Assembly: GCA_016207885.1 (NCBI GenBank)
Contig: JACQZE010000005.1
Location: 197,158 to 261,157 of the forward strand
Length of the DNA stretch: 64,000 nucleotides
Direction of reading: 5' to 3'
Origin: Nitrospirota bacterium
Lineage (GTDB): Bacteria; Nitrospirota; Thermodesulfovibrionia; UBA6902
Shown here: piece after piece, positions 48,457-58,936 of the stretch
How positions within the stretch are numbered: the first letter of the stretch is position 1
Layout: each line of letters starts with the position of its first letter
Notes under the pieces: generated by a model
Seen by the model: only the letters and a program-made list of their open reading frames with translations
Told to the model about the DNA's origin: nothing
The model's database searches: none
Program-made: the position numbers and the translations under genes

Positions 48457-50658
48457 GTGAAACAATTCTACGCCCACAGTGTTGACGGGAAGCCGGTTGA
48501 TGAATGGCATCTGCTTGAGGAGCATCTGAAGGGGACGGCGGAACTTGCGAAATCATTTGCGGATGCGTTCGGGTCGGGGGAATGGGGGTATCTGGCGGGG
48601 TTGTGGCATGATGTGGGGAAGTATTCGGAGAATTTCCAGAAAATGCTTCTTGCCTCTATCGATGCTCATATTGAAACAAAATCTGGCAGGGTAGATCATT
48701 CCACCGCGGGGGCAATTCACTCTGTTGTAAAATTTAATACACCAGGAAGAATATTCAGCTATCTTATCGCTGGACACCATGCCGGCCTTGCTGACTGGCA
48801 AACTGCTGAAGCTGGCAACAGGAGTTTAATTCACCGTCTTCAAAATGAAGATCTACTCAAGAAAGCCCTCGAATCAAATATCCCGCAGGAAATCACGGAC
48901 CAATCTCTTCCCAAGCAAAAGTTCAGAACCAGCGACGGGCATGCGCTATGGATCAGGATGCTATACTCCTGCCTTGTGGACGCTGACTTTCTTGATACAG
49001 AGGCGTTTCTTGATCCTGATAAATCAAAGGCACGCAAAGGTTACCCTTCACTGAATAAACTTCAGCCTCTTTTTGAAACTTATATGGAGAGGAAACAGGC
49101 TAATGCTGATGATACCGCTGTAAACAAACAACGGACAGAGATATTACGGCAATGTACTATGAAGGCAACTCACGCGCCTGCAATGTTTACATTGACAGTT
49201 CCAACGGGCGGCGGGAAGACTCTTTCGTCAATGGCGTTTGCCTTGCGTCATGCAGGGGAACACGGTAAGAGGCGCATTATTTATGTCATCCCCTACACGA
49301 GTATTATTGAACAGACAGCCGACCAATTCAGAGACATTTTCAAAGATGCAATTGTAGAGCATCACAGCAACGTTGACATATCGGATGAAGGCCACGAGAC
49401 AACAAAAAGCAGGCTTGCCTGTGAAAACTGGGACGCTCCGGTTATCGTGACAACGTCGGTTCAATTCTTTGAATCACTTTTTGCCAATCGCTCAAGCCGT
49501 TGCCGTAAGCTCCACAACATTGCAAATAGCATTGTGGTTCTTGATGAGGTGCAGCTTTTCCCGCCTGAATATCTCAATCCTATTCTCCATACGATGAAAG
49601 AGCTTCACAAAAATTATGATGTAACTTTTGTCCTGAGCACGGCTACTCAGCCTGCCTTTGGTGAACACAAATCATTTGATTTTAACTTTGAGGGGCTGGG
49701 GTCAACAGTTGAGATTATGGAAAGTCCCGTTGCTTTACATAAGGCATTCAAACGCGTTGAAATCCATGTGCCTGACAATCTTCTGACTTCCCGCTCATGG
49801 GAAGACCTTGCAAAAGAACTTACTCAACATTCGTCTGTCCTGTGTATCGTCAACAGACGCGACGACTGCCGGACGCTTTATGAGCTAATGCCGGAAGGGA
49901 CATTTCACCTCTCTGCTCTCATGTGCGGAGCGCATCGGTCAAAAGTCATTTCACAAATAAAACAGCGTCTCAAGGATAAACTACCTACGCGCGTAATCAG
50001 TACCCAGCTTGTGGAGGCAGGCGTTGATCTCGATTTCCCCGTTGTATACCGGGCTATTGCCGGGCTTGATTCCATTGCACAGGCTTCGGGAAGATGCAAC
50101 AGGGAAGGACTTCTTGATAAAGGAAGTGTTGTAGTTTTTGTTCCGCCGAGCAAAATACCTATTGGTTATCTAAGGCAAGCGGCAAATACCAGTATGATGA
50201 TGCTATCCGATAAAACAAACGATCTGCTTTTACCAGCTATGTTTGAGAAGTTTTTCAAATCACTCTACTGGCTGCAAGGGGAAAATCTTGATAAATACGG
50301 TATCCTGAAAGACCTTGCTCCTGATGGAGAACTTCGGTTTAGCTTTTATACTGCCGCTCAGAAGTTTAAGTTGATTGATGATTCACAGTACGCTCCAGTA
50401 ATTGTACGCTATGAGGAAGGAGAGCGATTGATAGGGATGTTAAAGAAACTTGGTACCGAGCGGTGGCTGATGAGGAAGCTACAAAGATATGTTGTGAATT
50501 TGCCGAGATATGTTCACACGAAACTTCGTAACGAAGGCGCTATCATGGAAGTTCACCCGGGGATTTTCGTTCAGGAATACGGCGCAATGTATCATAATGA
50601 TCTTGGTTTCTGCGCTGATAAATCAATGATCTATGAGCCGGATGATTTGATGTGTTAG
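48457..50658 (+). CDS. cas3: CRISPR-associated helicase/nuclease Cas3 (HD domain plus SF2 helicase)
   Basis: HD motif (LAGLWHDVGKY), Walker A (TVPTGGGKT) and DExH (VLDEVQ). GTG start. Confidence 0.95.
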   Translation: MKQFYAHSVDGKPVDEWHLLEEHLKGTAELAKSFADAFGSGEWGYLAGLWHDVGKYSENFQKMLLASIDAHIETKSGRVDHSTAGAIHSVVKFNTPGRIFSYLIAGHHAGLADWQTAEAGNRSLIHRLQNEDLLKKALESNIPQEITDQSLPKQKFRTSDGHALWIRMLYSCLVDADFLDTEAFLDPDKSKARKGYPSLNKLQPLFETYMERKQANADDTAVNKQRTEILRQCTMKATHAPAMFTLTVPTGGGKTLSSMAFALRHAGEHGKRRIIYVIPYTSIIEQTADQFRDIFKDAIVEHHSNVDISDEGHETTKSRLACENWDAPVIVTTSVQFFESLFANRSSRCRKLHNIANSIVVLDEVQLFPPEYLNPILHTMKELHKNYDVTFVLSTATQPAFGEHKSFDFNFEGLGSTVEIMESPVALHKAFKRVEIHVPDNLLTSRSWEDLAKELTQHSSVLCIVNRRDDCRTLYELMPEGTFHLSALMCGAHRSKVISQIKQRLKDKLPTRVISTQLVEAGVDLDFPVVYRAIAGLDSIAQASGRCNREGLLDKGSVVVFVPPSKIPIGYLRQAANTSMMMLSDKTNDLLLPAMFEKFFKSLYWLQGENLDKYGILKDLAPDGELRFSFYTAAQKFKLIDDSQYAPVIVRYEEGERLIGMLKKLGTERWLMRKLQRYVVNLPRYVHTKLRNEGAIMEVHPGIFVQEYGAMYHNDLGFCADKSMIYEPDDLMC

Positions 50659-50689
50659 GGAAAGATACAGATAGAAAGGAGGTATCAGG

Positions 50690-51331
50690 ATGAGTGATCC
50701 ACTTATCAAAAGCCTGCCCTTCCGCCTGAAGGTCTGGGGAAGGAATGCTTGTTTCACAAGACCGGAGATGAAGGTCGAACGCGTTTCATATGATGTAATG
50801 ACACCATCTGCCGCGCGAGGAGTACTTGAGGCGATACTTTGGAAGCCAGCTATCCGCTGGAAGGTAACGCAAATTGATGTTCTGCAACCGATCAAATGGG
50901 AATCGGTGAGGAGAAACGAAGTAGGCGCTGTTATGTCTTCACGTACAAGCGGAATATTCATTGAAGAGCAGAGGCAGCAACGGGCGGGGTTGTTCTTGAG
51001 GAATGTTGCATACACAATTCATGCGTATTTCGAGATGACGGACAAGGCAGGGAGCGAGGATACAGTTGTTAAGTTTACTGAGATGTTCCTGAGAAGAGCG
51101 GAAAGAGGACAATGTTTTAATATGCCGTATCTCGGATGCCGGGAATTCTCTGCTGATTTTAAACCGTTCCTTAACGGTGAGACCCTGCCGGAGCCGATTC
51201 CTGTCAGTCAGGATTTGGGCTGGATGCTCTATGACATGGACTATAAAGGTAAAGAACCTACTGCTCGTTTCTTCAGGGCAAGCCTCGACAACGGACGCAT
51301 GAAGATTGATGAAAAGGAGGTGAGGCCGTGA
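50690..51331 (+). CDS. cas5: Cas5, type I-C (Cas5d)
   Basis: LPFRLKVWGRNACFTRPE is a Cas5d signature. Confidence 0.9.
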   Translation: MSDPLIKSLPFRLKVWGRNACFTRPEMKVERVSYDVMTPSAARGVLEAILWKPAIRWKVTQIDVLQPIKWESVRRNEVGAVMSSRTSGIFIEEQRQQRAGLFLRNVAYTIHAYFEMTDKAGSEDTVVKFTEMFLRRAERGQCFNMPYLGCREFSADFKPFLNGETLPEPIPVSQDLGWMLYDMDYKGKEPTARFFRASLDNGRMKIDEKEVRP

Positions 51332-53001
51332 TACTGCAAGCGTTGGCTAAATACTATGAAAGGATGCCAGATGATTTTGTCCCTTATGGCTTTCAACGAA
51401 AAGAAATTCCATTCATCATTGTTGTTGATCGTGAAGGAAACTTTAAAAGCTTGAATACATCAGATCGTGTATTTCTTGTTCCTCGTGAAGTTAAACGATC
51501 AGGTAAAAATGCATGGATGAGCGCAAATCTTCTTTGGGATAATGAAGGCTATGTTCTTGGCTATTCAAAAAAAGATGATGACAAGGGGCAGAAACAAAAT
51601 CAAAGCTTTATTTCAGAACTGAAGAAGATATTCCATGAACCATTCGTCGATGACGGGATTGCGGCAGTCTGTAATTTTTATGAGAAAGGCAATCAGAAGG
51701 AAGCGCTTTCACACCCGATGTGGCACGAAATAGAAAAGAAAGGTGGCAATATTAGCTTTCAGCTTGAAAATGACAATGAATTGATCTGCTGTCGCAAAAC
51801 CGTTAGAGATAAAATTATATCTGATTTTCTAAATGATCCGGCTGATACTCAGATATGCCTCGTGACTGGTAGCTCGGATATTCCTGTAGACCTGCATATT
51901 GCTATAAAAGGCGTATGGGGAGCGCAAACATCGGGAGCAAATATTGTATCTTTCAACCTCGACGCCTTTACATCATTTGGCAAAGAACAGGGCTATAATG
52001 CTCCCGTCGGGAAAAAGGCTGAATTTGCTTACATTACTATGTTGAACTATTTACTTGAGAGAGGTTCAAGGCAAAGGATTCAGGTAGGTGATGCAAGTAC
52101 CGTCTTCTGGGCAGAAAAGAAGCATGAGCTTGAAGACTGGTTTGCGGATATATTTGGAGAGCCTGCTAAAGGAGACTCCGAACAGGATAATGCCGCAATA
52201 AAGGCTTTGTTCAAAGCCCCTGAGACAGGAGCAAAACCTGTGCTTAACGACAGCACAAAATTTTATGTGCTCGGTTTATCGCCAAATGCATCTCGTATTG
52301 CTATCCGTTTCTGGTATGCAGGGACAGTAGCAGAGGTTGAAGAAAATATCAGACAGCACTTTAAGGATATTGCAATTGAACACGCTCCACATTATCCTTC
52401 TTATCTTTCTCTCTTCCGACTGCTTGTCTCAACTGCGTTACAAGGAAAGTCAGACAATATCCAGCCTAATCTCGCTGGTGATTTCATGAGGGCGATACTT
52501 GCCGGAACACCGTATCCCGATACGCTTTTGTCTTCTGCTATACGCAGGGTAAAGGCTGAACAGGAAGTAACTTATCCGCGAGCATCTTTGATAAAAGCTG
52601 TACTGGTCAGAAAAGCACGATATAAAAATACAAAGGAGGAAATTGGCATGGCATTAGACACAGACAACACTAACACAGGCTACCGACTTGGACGGTTATT
52701 TGCCGTTCTTGAAAAAATTCAGGAAGAGGCAAGCCCCGGCATCAATGCAACCATACGTGACAGGTTTTATAGTTCGGCCTCAAGCGTTCCCGTTACTGTC
52801 TTCCCACATCTTATGAAACTTAAGAATCATCATATTGCAAAACTTGAGAACAGAGGGCGTGCGGTCAACTTTGAAAAAATTATCGGGGAGATCGTTGATG
52901 ATATTTCAGCCTGTCCAGCGTTTCCTGGTCATCTGAGTCTGGACGATCAGGGATGCTTTGCAGTTGGCTATTATCACCAGAGACAGGATTTTTTCAAATA
53001 G
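51328..53001 (+). CDS. cas8c: Cas8c (Csd1)
   Basis: MILQALAKYYERMP...VVDREGNF is the N-terminus typical of Csd1. 557 aa. Confidence 0.9.
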   Translation: MILQALAKYYERMPDDFVPYGFQRKEIPFIIVVDREGNFKSLNTSDRVFLVPREVKRSGKNAWMSANLLWDNEGYVLGYSKKDDDKGQKQNQSFISELKKIFHEPFVDDGIAAVCNFYEKGNQKEALSHPMWHEIEKKGGNISFQLENDNELICCRKTVRDKIISDFLNDPADTQICLVTGSSDIPVDLHIAIKGVWGAQTSGANIVSFNLDAFTSFGKEQGYNAPVGKKAEFAYITMLNYLLERGSRQRIQVGDASTVFWAEKKHELEDWFADIFGEPAKGDSEQDNAAIKALFKAPETGAKPVLNDSTKFYVLGLSPNASRIAIRFWYAGTVAEVEENIRQHFKDIAIEHAPHYPSYLSLFRLLVSTALQGKSDNIQPNLAGDFMRAILAGTPYPDTLLSSAIRRVKAEQEVTYPRASLIKAVLVRKARYKNTKEEIGMALDTDNTNTGYRLGRLFAVLEKIQEEASPGINATIRDRFYSSASSVPVTVFPHLMKLKNHHIAKLENRGRAVNFEKIIGEIVDDISACPAFPGHLSLDDQGCFAVGYYHQRQDFFK

Positions 53002-53050
53002 AAAGATACAAATGTAGCCGAATAAATAAATTCTAAAGGAGGAATAAAAA

Positions 53051-53944
53051 ATGAGCAACACAATCAACAATCGCTATGACTTCGTACTATTCTTTGACGT
53101 AAAGGACGGCAACCCTAACGGCGACCCGGATGCAGGCAATCTCCCGCGCGTTGATCCTGAAACAGGACATGGCCTTGTGACAGATGTGTGTTTGAAAAGG
53201 AAGGTGAGAAATTATGTGCAGCTTAAGTCTGCGACCGATGAGTTTAAAGACAAGAAGGGCTTTGACATTTATGTCAAAGAAAAAGCTATTTTAAATCTTC
53301 AAAACAAACGAGCCTATGATGCTCTTGGAGTTGATTTGACATCTGAAACAACTAAGCGTAAAGGAGGAGATAAAGTAGAAGACGCTCGTGTTTGGATGTG
53401 CCAGAACTTCTATGATGTTAGAACATTCGGAGCCGTTATGTCGTTGGGTGTTAATTGTGGTCAAGTTCGTGGTCCTGTTCAGTTAACCTTTGCGCGCAGT
53501 GTTAATCAGGTTGTCCCGCTTGAACACAGCATTACCAGAATGGCGGTTGCCACTGAGGCAGAAGCGGAAAAACAGCAAGGCGATAACAGGACTATGGGAC
53601 GTAAGTTCACCATTCCCTATGGACTCTATCGCTGTCACGGATTTATTTCTGCTTCGTTTGCAGCGCAGACAGGATTTAGCGAAGATGATTTGACTCTTTT
53701 TTGGAAAGGGCTTCTTGAAATGTTTGAGCATGACCATTCAGCGGCACGCGGTCAAATGGCAACACGCAAGCTCATTGTATTCAAGCATGACTCAAGCTTG
53801 GGCAGCGCTCCGGCGCATGAACTCTTTGACATGGTGACAACAAAAACAAATGCTAATCCTGTGCGTGATTTCAGCGAGTATGAAATTACTATTCCGACTC
53901 AGGCCGATATGCCACAGGGTGTAACATTAGAGGTGAAGCTGTAA
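53051..53944 (+). CDS. cas7: Cas7, type I-C (Csd2)
   Basis: Csd2/Cas7 pattern ([18 protein letters not shown]). Confidence 0.9.
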   Translation: MSNTINNRYDFVLFFDVKDGNPNGDPDAGNLPRVDPETGHGLVTDVCLKRKVRNYVQLKSATDEFKDKKGFDIYVKEKAILNLQNKRAYDALGVDLTSETTKRKGGDKVEDARVWMCQNFYDVRTFGAVMSLGVNCGQVRGPVQLTFARSVNQVVPLEHSITRMAVATEAEAEKQQGDNRTMGRKFTIPYGLYRCHGFISASFAAQTGFSEDDLTLFWKGLLEMFEHDHSAARGQMATRKLIVFKHDSSLGSAPAHELFDMVTTKTNANPVRDFSEYEITIPTQADMPQGVTLEVKL

Positions 53945-53948
53945 TCCA

Positions 53949-54569
53949 ATGCACAGCGAAGACGATCTCATTCAGCTTTCAGCGTTGCAGCACTTTATGT
54001 ACTGCATAAGGCAGTGCGCTCTAATCCATATCGAACAGATTTGGAGCGAGAATGTCTTCACCGCCGAAGGCAAAATCATGCATGAGAAAGCCGATAGTAA
54101 TAAATACGAATCGCGGGGAAATGTCCGTATCGACTACAGCGTTCCTCTGCGCTCGCTCAGGCTCGGTCTCATTGGCAAGGCGGATGTGGTGGAGTTTCAC
54201 AAAAAAGACGATGGGACGTGGCAGCCTTTTCCCGTTGAATACAAGCGCGGCAAACCGAAGCTTGATGATTGTGATAAGGTTCAGCTTTGCGCTCAGGCAA
54301 TATGCCTTGAAGAGATGCTCAATGTTCAAATACCGGAGGGTGCGCTTTTTTACGGACAGACTCGTCACAGGGAAGATGTAGTTTTCGATAATGCCTTAAG
54401 AATTGAGACAGAAGATACGGCAAGAAAGGTTCATGAGCTTATTGAATATGGCATTACTCCGAAGGCTGAATATTCGAAGAAGTGTGACAAATGTTCTCTA
54501 CTTGAGTTGTGTATGCCAAAGGTGAGCAGGAAAGCAAGTCATTATTTGGCGAAGATGGTGGAGGAATGA
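53949..54569 (+). CDS. cas4: Cas4 (RecB-like nuclease with an Fe-S cluster)
   Basis: An N-terminal Cys plus a C-terminal CDKCSLLELC cluster. Confidence 0.9.
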   Translation: MHSEDDLIQLSALQHFMYCIRQCALIHIEQIWSENVFTAEGKIMHEKADSNKYESRGNVRIDYSVPLRSLRLGLIGKADVVEFHKKDDGTWQPFPVEYKRGKPKLDDCDKVQLCAQAICLEEMLNVQIPEGALFYGQTRHREDVVFDNALRIETEDTARKVHELIEYGITPKAEYSKKCDKCSLLELCMPKVSRKASHYLAKMVEE

Positions 54570-55597
54570 AAAAACATCTTAATACATTATTTGTCACAAC
54601 ACAGGGCGCATATCTCTCTAAAGAAGGCGAGACGGTTGCTGTCAAAGTTGACGGGACAATCTGCCTGCGTATCCCGATTCATACATTAGGCGGAATTGTC
54701 TGCTTCGGCCAAGTCTCGTGCAGCCCTTACTTAATGGGATTTTGCGCTGAAAGCGGCGTGGCAATCAGCTTCCTGACAGAGAATGGAAGATTCCTCGCAA
54801 AAGTTCAGGGGCCGGTATCAGGTAATGTTCTTTTGAGACGTGAGCAATATAGAAAAGCTGATGATCTTTCTATATCTGCCGATATTGCAAAATATTTCTT
54901 AAGCGGAAAGCTGCTGAATAACAGGGCTGTGTTGCAGCGATTTGTCAGAGATCATAACGACAAGCCAAACGCTGATAGAGTAGATTTTGCATCAAAACTT
55001 ATTGATTCATCATTGAGGCGATTACAAAATGAAGAATCCTTAGACGCAATAAGAGGGATAGAAGGTGATTCCGCTCATACTTATTTCAGCGTCTTCGATC
55101 ATCTCATTACAAGCCGGAAAGACGAATTTAACTTTAGCGAGAGAAACAGAAGGCCGCCTCTTGATAATGTAAACTGTTTGTTGTCATTTCTTTACACTAT
55201 GGTAATGCATGATGTGCGTTCGGCACTTGAAACCGTCGGGCTTGATCCGGCAGTTGGATTTTTACATAGAGACCGTCCGGGCAGGTATGGGCTGGCTCTG
55301 GATATGATGGAGGAGTTCAGGCCGTTTCTTGCAGACCGTCTCACTCTCTCATTGATAAATCTTTGTCAGGTGCAGGGCAAAGGATTTGACAGGAAAGAGT
55401 CGGGAGCTGTGTTGATGGATGATGATACGAGGAAAACGGTTTTGGTTTCATATCAGAAGCGCAAACAGGATGAGATAATGCATCCGTTTCTGAACGAGAA
55501 GGTTACTATAGGATTACTGTTTCACACACAGGCATTATTGATGGCAAGATATTTACGCGGCGACATGGATGCATATCCGCCGTTTGTATGGAAGTGA
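54566..55597 (+). CDS. cas1: Cas1 integrase
   Basis: MKKHLNTLFVTTQGAYL...; the ATG overlaps the cas4 stop (ATGA). Confidence 0.9.
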   Translation: MKKHLNTLFVTTQGAYLSKEGETVAVKVDGTICLRIPIHTLGGIVCFGQVSCSPYLMGFCAESGVAISFLTENGRFLAKVQGPVSGNVLLRREQYRKADDLSISADIAKYFLSGKLLNNRAVLQRFVRDHNDKPNADRVDFASKLIDSSLRRLQNEESLDAIRGIEGDSAHTYFSVFDHLITSRKDEFNFSERNRRPPLDNVNCLLSFLYTMVMHDVRSALETVGLDPAVGFLHRDRPGRYGLALDMMEEFRPFLADRLTLSLINLCQVQGKGFDRKESGAVLMDDDTRKTVLVSYQKRKQDEIMHPFLNEKVTIGLLFHTQALLMARYLRGDMDAYPPFVWK

Positions 55598-55703
55598 TGG
55601 TTTAATTAACACCCCCATCCCCCTCTTAATCTAAGAGTGGGCGAAATTCCTCCTCATAAGATAAGGGAAGGTTAGGAGGGGTTATGAAAATAAGGATTGA
55701 ATT

Positions 55704-55994
55704 ATGTTTGTACTTGTAAGTTATGATGTCTCGACAGTTGAAAAGGGCGGACAGCGCCGCCTTCGCAGAGTAGCAAAAGCCTGTCAGGACTACGGACAGA
55801 GGGTTCAGAACTCTGTCTTTGAATGTATTGTTGATCCTGCGCAATGGACGATGTTGAAAGAGAGATTGATTTCAGAGATCGATCCTGATAAAGACAGCCT
55901 GAGATTTTATTATCTCGGCTCTAACTGGAAGCATCGTGTTGAGCACGTCGGCGCAAAAGCCGGAATAGAGCAGGACGGCCCGTTAATCGTATGA
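55704..55994 (+). CDS. cas2: Cas2
   Basis: MFVLVSYDVSTVEKGGQRRLRRVAKACQDYGQRVQNSVFEC. Confidence 0.9.
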   Translation: MFVLVSYDVSTVEKGGQRRLRRVAKACQDYGQRVQNSVFECIVDPAQWTMLKERLISEIDPDKDSLRFYYLGSNWKHRVEHVGAKAGIEQDGPLIV

Positions 55995-56180
55995 AACGAT
56001 TTTGCGAACCTGCAGAACACATGGTTTACGCATACCATTCGCAAGAGATGAAAAAAGTTTATAAAACAAAGGAGTATGTAAAATGTTCTTTGATAACTTT
56101 AAGGTTTACAGGAGTAAAAGAAGGACGTTCGCAAAAAGCAACAAATTTTTCTTTATAATATTTTGACTTAGAATTAGACT
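55995..56180 (+). promoter_or_regulatory. Putative CRISPR leader (AT-rich) between cas2 and the first repeat
   Basis: AT-rich non-coding stretch of 186 bp directly abutting repeat 1. Confidence 0.5.
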
Positions 56181-56561
56181 GTCGCGCCCCGCACGGGGCG
56201 CGTGGATTGAAACAGAAAAAAATACACAAGAACCTCTCCCCGGCATAGGTCGCGCCCCGCACGGGGCGCGTGGATTGAAACGCGCATGACGAGGACTACA
56301 ACCTCACCGGAGATGTCGTCGCGCCCCGCACGGGGCGCGTGGATTGAAACTTATCAGTTCCACGGGTCAGTGGAGCAATCAGTCCGACATTTCTTTTGTA
56401 AGAGCCAAATTTACTATCGTTCATCAACCAATTAACCCTCAGCTTGGATTTCAGACAGCTCGTCGCGCCCCGCACGGGGCGCGTGGATTGAAACCCCCAC
56501 AGACAACGGCATCTACTCCTAGTGTATCGTCGCGCCCCGCACGGGGCGCGTGGATTGAAAC
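56181..56561 (+). CRISPR. Type I-C CRISPR array: five identical 33-bp repeats (GTCGCGCCCCGCACGGGGCGCGTGGATTGAAAC)
   Basis: Repeats at 56181, 56249, 56318, 56462 and 56529. Spacers are 35, 36, an anomalous 111, and 34 bp. Confidence 0.95.
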
Positions 56562-56744
56562 TTATCAGTTCCACGGGTCAGTGGAGCAATCAGTCCGACA
56601 TTTCTTTTGTAAGAGCCAAATTTACTATCGTTCATCAACCAATTTTTTTCCTTTGAATTTTTATGGAATTAGTATAAAATTCAATTAAGAGACACGCCTG
56701 AATTGAACAGATCATATAATATATTTCCATAAGGAGAGCATCCG

Positions 56745-57563
56745 ATGAAAAGATATTCCTTTGTAATCCTTGCCCTAGTTGTTTCAGTCTCATTCTTCAT
56801 ATCTTCCTGCGCAACCGGCATCAAGCAGGCTGAAGAAGCTCCTGTTGACAATACATTAAAGATCATAGAAGGCGGCAAGCTGTATGATCAATGGTGGGTG
56901 GTTGTCAAAGGGGCTGAAGAGCCGAAACTCAATCATCCGTTATGGTCGCTGCAGAGCATGAACAAAAGAAGCGGCAGCGATACCTGGAGATGCAAAGAAT
57001 GCCACGGTTGGGATTACCTTGGGAATGAGGGAGCGTACAGCTCAGGTTCTCATAAAACAGGATTTGCCGGCGTGCTCCAGATTTCGAAGATGTCTGTAAA
57101 GGATATAGAGGCGATCCTGCTGGGGTCAAATAACCCGTTTCATAATTTCAGCTATGTCATGGACTATGACGCCATTAATAACCTTGCCCTCTTTTTAAAA
57201 GAAGGGCTGATCGACGACAGGGTATATATTGACTCCAAGACAAAGGCCCCTTTTAATGCCGATCCCAAGAACGGCAAGGTACTGTATGAAAAAATGTGCC
57301 TCAAATGCCACGGCTCTGACGGCACTGAGCTTAACTTCGGCACAGACCAGAGCCCTGAGTATGTCGGGACTATCGCTGTATCAAACCCATGGGAACTTGT
57401 TCACAAGATAAGGTTCGGCCAGCCCGGCAGTATTATGCCGGCCCTCAGGCTCAGGCTGAAGCTTTCTGAGAAAGAGAACAAGATGCCGTCCGGAATAGAG
57501 ACAGGATATACCATGCAAGATGTAATGGATATTGTAAGATACTCACAGACACTGCCCAAATAA
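56745..57563 (+). CDS. Secreted dihaem c-type cytochrome (lipoprotein signal)
   Basis: Signal peptide with FFISSC, and two CxxCH motifs (CKECH, CLKCH). Confidence 0.65.
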   Translation: MKRYSFVILALVVSVSFFISSCATGIKQAEEAPVDNTLKIIEGGKLYDQWWVVVKGAEEPKLNHPLWSLQSMNKRSGSDTWRCKECHGWDYLGNEGAYSSGSHKTGFAGVLQISKMSVKDIEAILLGSNNPFHNFSYVMDYDAINNLALFLKEGLIDDRVYIDSKTKAPFNADPKNGKVLYEKMCLKCHGSDGTELNFGTDQSPEYVGTIAVSNPWELVHKIRFGQPGSIMPALRLRLKLSEKENKMPSGIETGYTMQDVMDIVRYSQTLPK

Positions 57564-57612
57564 GGTTTTCTGAAAAAGAGTTCATATATGGGATGAGGAG
57601 ATTAACAGCCCC

Positions 57613-58851
57613 TCATCCCATATTTTTTATGATATCGGCTTTTTGCTTTAGAAGAATCAATGTGCCTGCCAGGCATGCACCTGCAACTGCCTCAAGCGCG
57701 CGCTGCGTGCCTACATAATGCGCCAGGCTTCCAATCGCCAAATTCCCGAGAGTTGCCGTGCCGAGAAAGACGAGCGTAAATGCGCTCATGACCCTGCCCC
57801 TCAGCCTGTCAGGGACTGCAAGCTGAAGCATGCTGTTCGCAGTTGCTATATGGCTGACCGCTCCCCAGCCGACAAAGAAGAGCATGGCATTGGAAAGCCA
57901 GGCGGCAGTTGAAAAAGAGAATATTAGCAGGCTTATCGAAAATACAATCCCTGATACGGCAAGCAGCAGCCCTTTTTTTGAATGGTCACCTTTAAGGACA
58001 AGGCTGATAGCTCCGGCAAAAGCGCCCGCGCCTGCAACGCTCATCAGGATGCCATAACCTGCCGCTCCGGTATTAAGGATATCCCTCGCGTATACAGGTA
58101 AAAAACTTATATAAGGAAGTCCGAAGAACCCGGTTATGGCTATGAACATCAAAAGTGTATAGACGCCCGGCTCGCTGAAGATAAAGCGTATCCCCTCCTT
58201 GAACTCTTCGACCACTCCCTTTCTCTCCTCTTCCTTCTTTTGGGATACCGGAATTCTGATCAGCATAAGCCCTATGATAGCGGCCAGAAAGCTCAATGAG
58301 TTCATGAAAAAACAGGCCGCTATGCCCATGAAGCTTATTAATAATCCTGCGACAGAAGGGCCGATGACCCTTGAACCGTTAAAGGCGGCCGAGTTAAGGG
58401 CGATGGCATTCATAAGCTTATCCTTGCCGACCATCTCAATAAAAAATGCCTGCCTCGCCGGCATATCAAAGGCGCGCGTCGTCCCGACAAAAAAAGCGAT
58501 GACAACGACATGCCAGACCGTCACCACATCTGCCATGACCAGAAAAGCAAGAAGTAACGCAAGGAGCATGAGTGCAACCTGCGCAGCAATAAGTATCTTC
58601 CTCTTTGACAGCCTGTCAGCCGCAACGCCGCCTGCCAATGAAAAGACAACCGAAGGCAGTGATGCGGCAGCGCCCACAAGGCCGAGATAAAAAGGCGAGT
58701 CAGTCAGCTTCAGCACAAGCCACCCCTGTGCGGCAGAATGCATCCACGTGCCGGTAAGGGATATCACCTGCCCGAACCAGTAAAGGCGGAAGTTCCTGTT
58801 GTAGAGCGATGAAAAAACTTTAGAGGACATGGTCAAATTAATATAACACAA
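57613..58851 (-). CDS. MFS transporter
   Basis: 12-TM pattern. The first cytoplasmic loop (G...ADRLSKRKIL) is MFS-like. Confidence 0.8.
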   Translation of the reverse strand: MCYINLTMSSKVFSSLYNRNFRLYWFGQVISLTGTWMHSAAQGWLVLKLTDSPFYLGLVGAAASLPSVVFSLAGGVAADRLSKRKILIAAQVALMLLALLLAFLVMADVVTVWHVVVIAFFVGTTRAFDMPARQAFFIEMVGKDKLMNAIALNSAAFNGSRVIGPSVAGLLISFMGIAACFFMNSLSFLAAIIGLMLIRIPVSQKKEEERKGVVEEFKEGIRFIFSEPGVYTLLMFIAITGFFGLPYISFLPVYARDILNTGAAGYGILMSVAGAGAFAGAISLVLKGDHSKKGLLLAVSGIVFSISLLIFSFSTAAWLSNAMLFFVGWGAVSHIATANSMLQLAVPDRLRGRVMSAFTLVFLGTATLGNLAIGSLAHYVGTQRALEAVAGACLAGTLILLKQKADIIKNMG

Positions 58852-58936
58852 CCCTCTCGTTGCCTTGTGCCTTTATGCCGGTGTAACTTCGTCATTATCT
58901 TTTGACATGAAAAACTCCATGCAGTATCATAACGTG

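Noticed and set aside
56351-56461. A 111-bp 'spacer' between repeats 3 and 4
   Set aside because: It is too long for a type I-C spacer, and 83 bp of it are identical to the array trailer. I interpret it as a trailer duplication, not an acquired spacer.
56296-56688. ORFs of 92 and 114 aa overlapping the CRISPR array on both strands
   Set aside because: They are translations of the repeat-spacer array itself (repetitive RAPCGARG... peptides), not genes.
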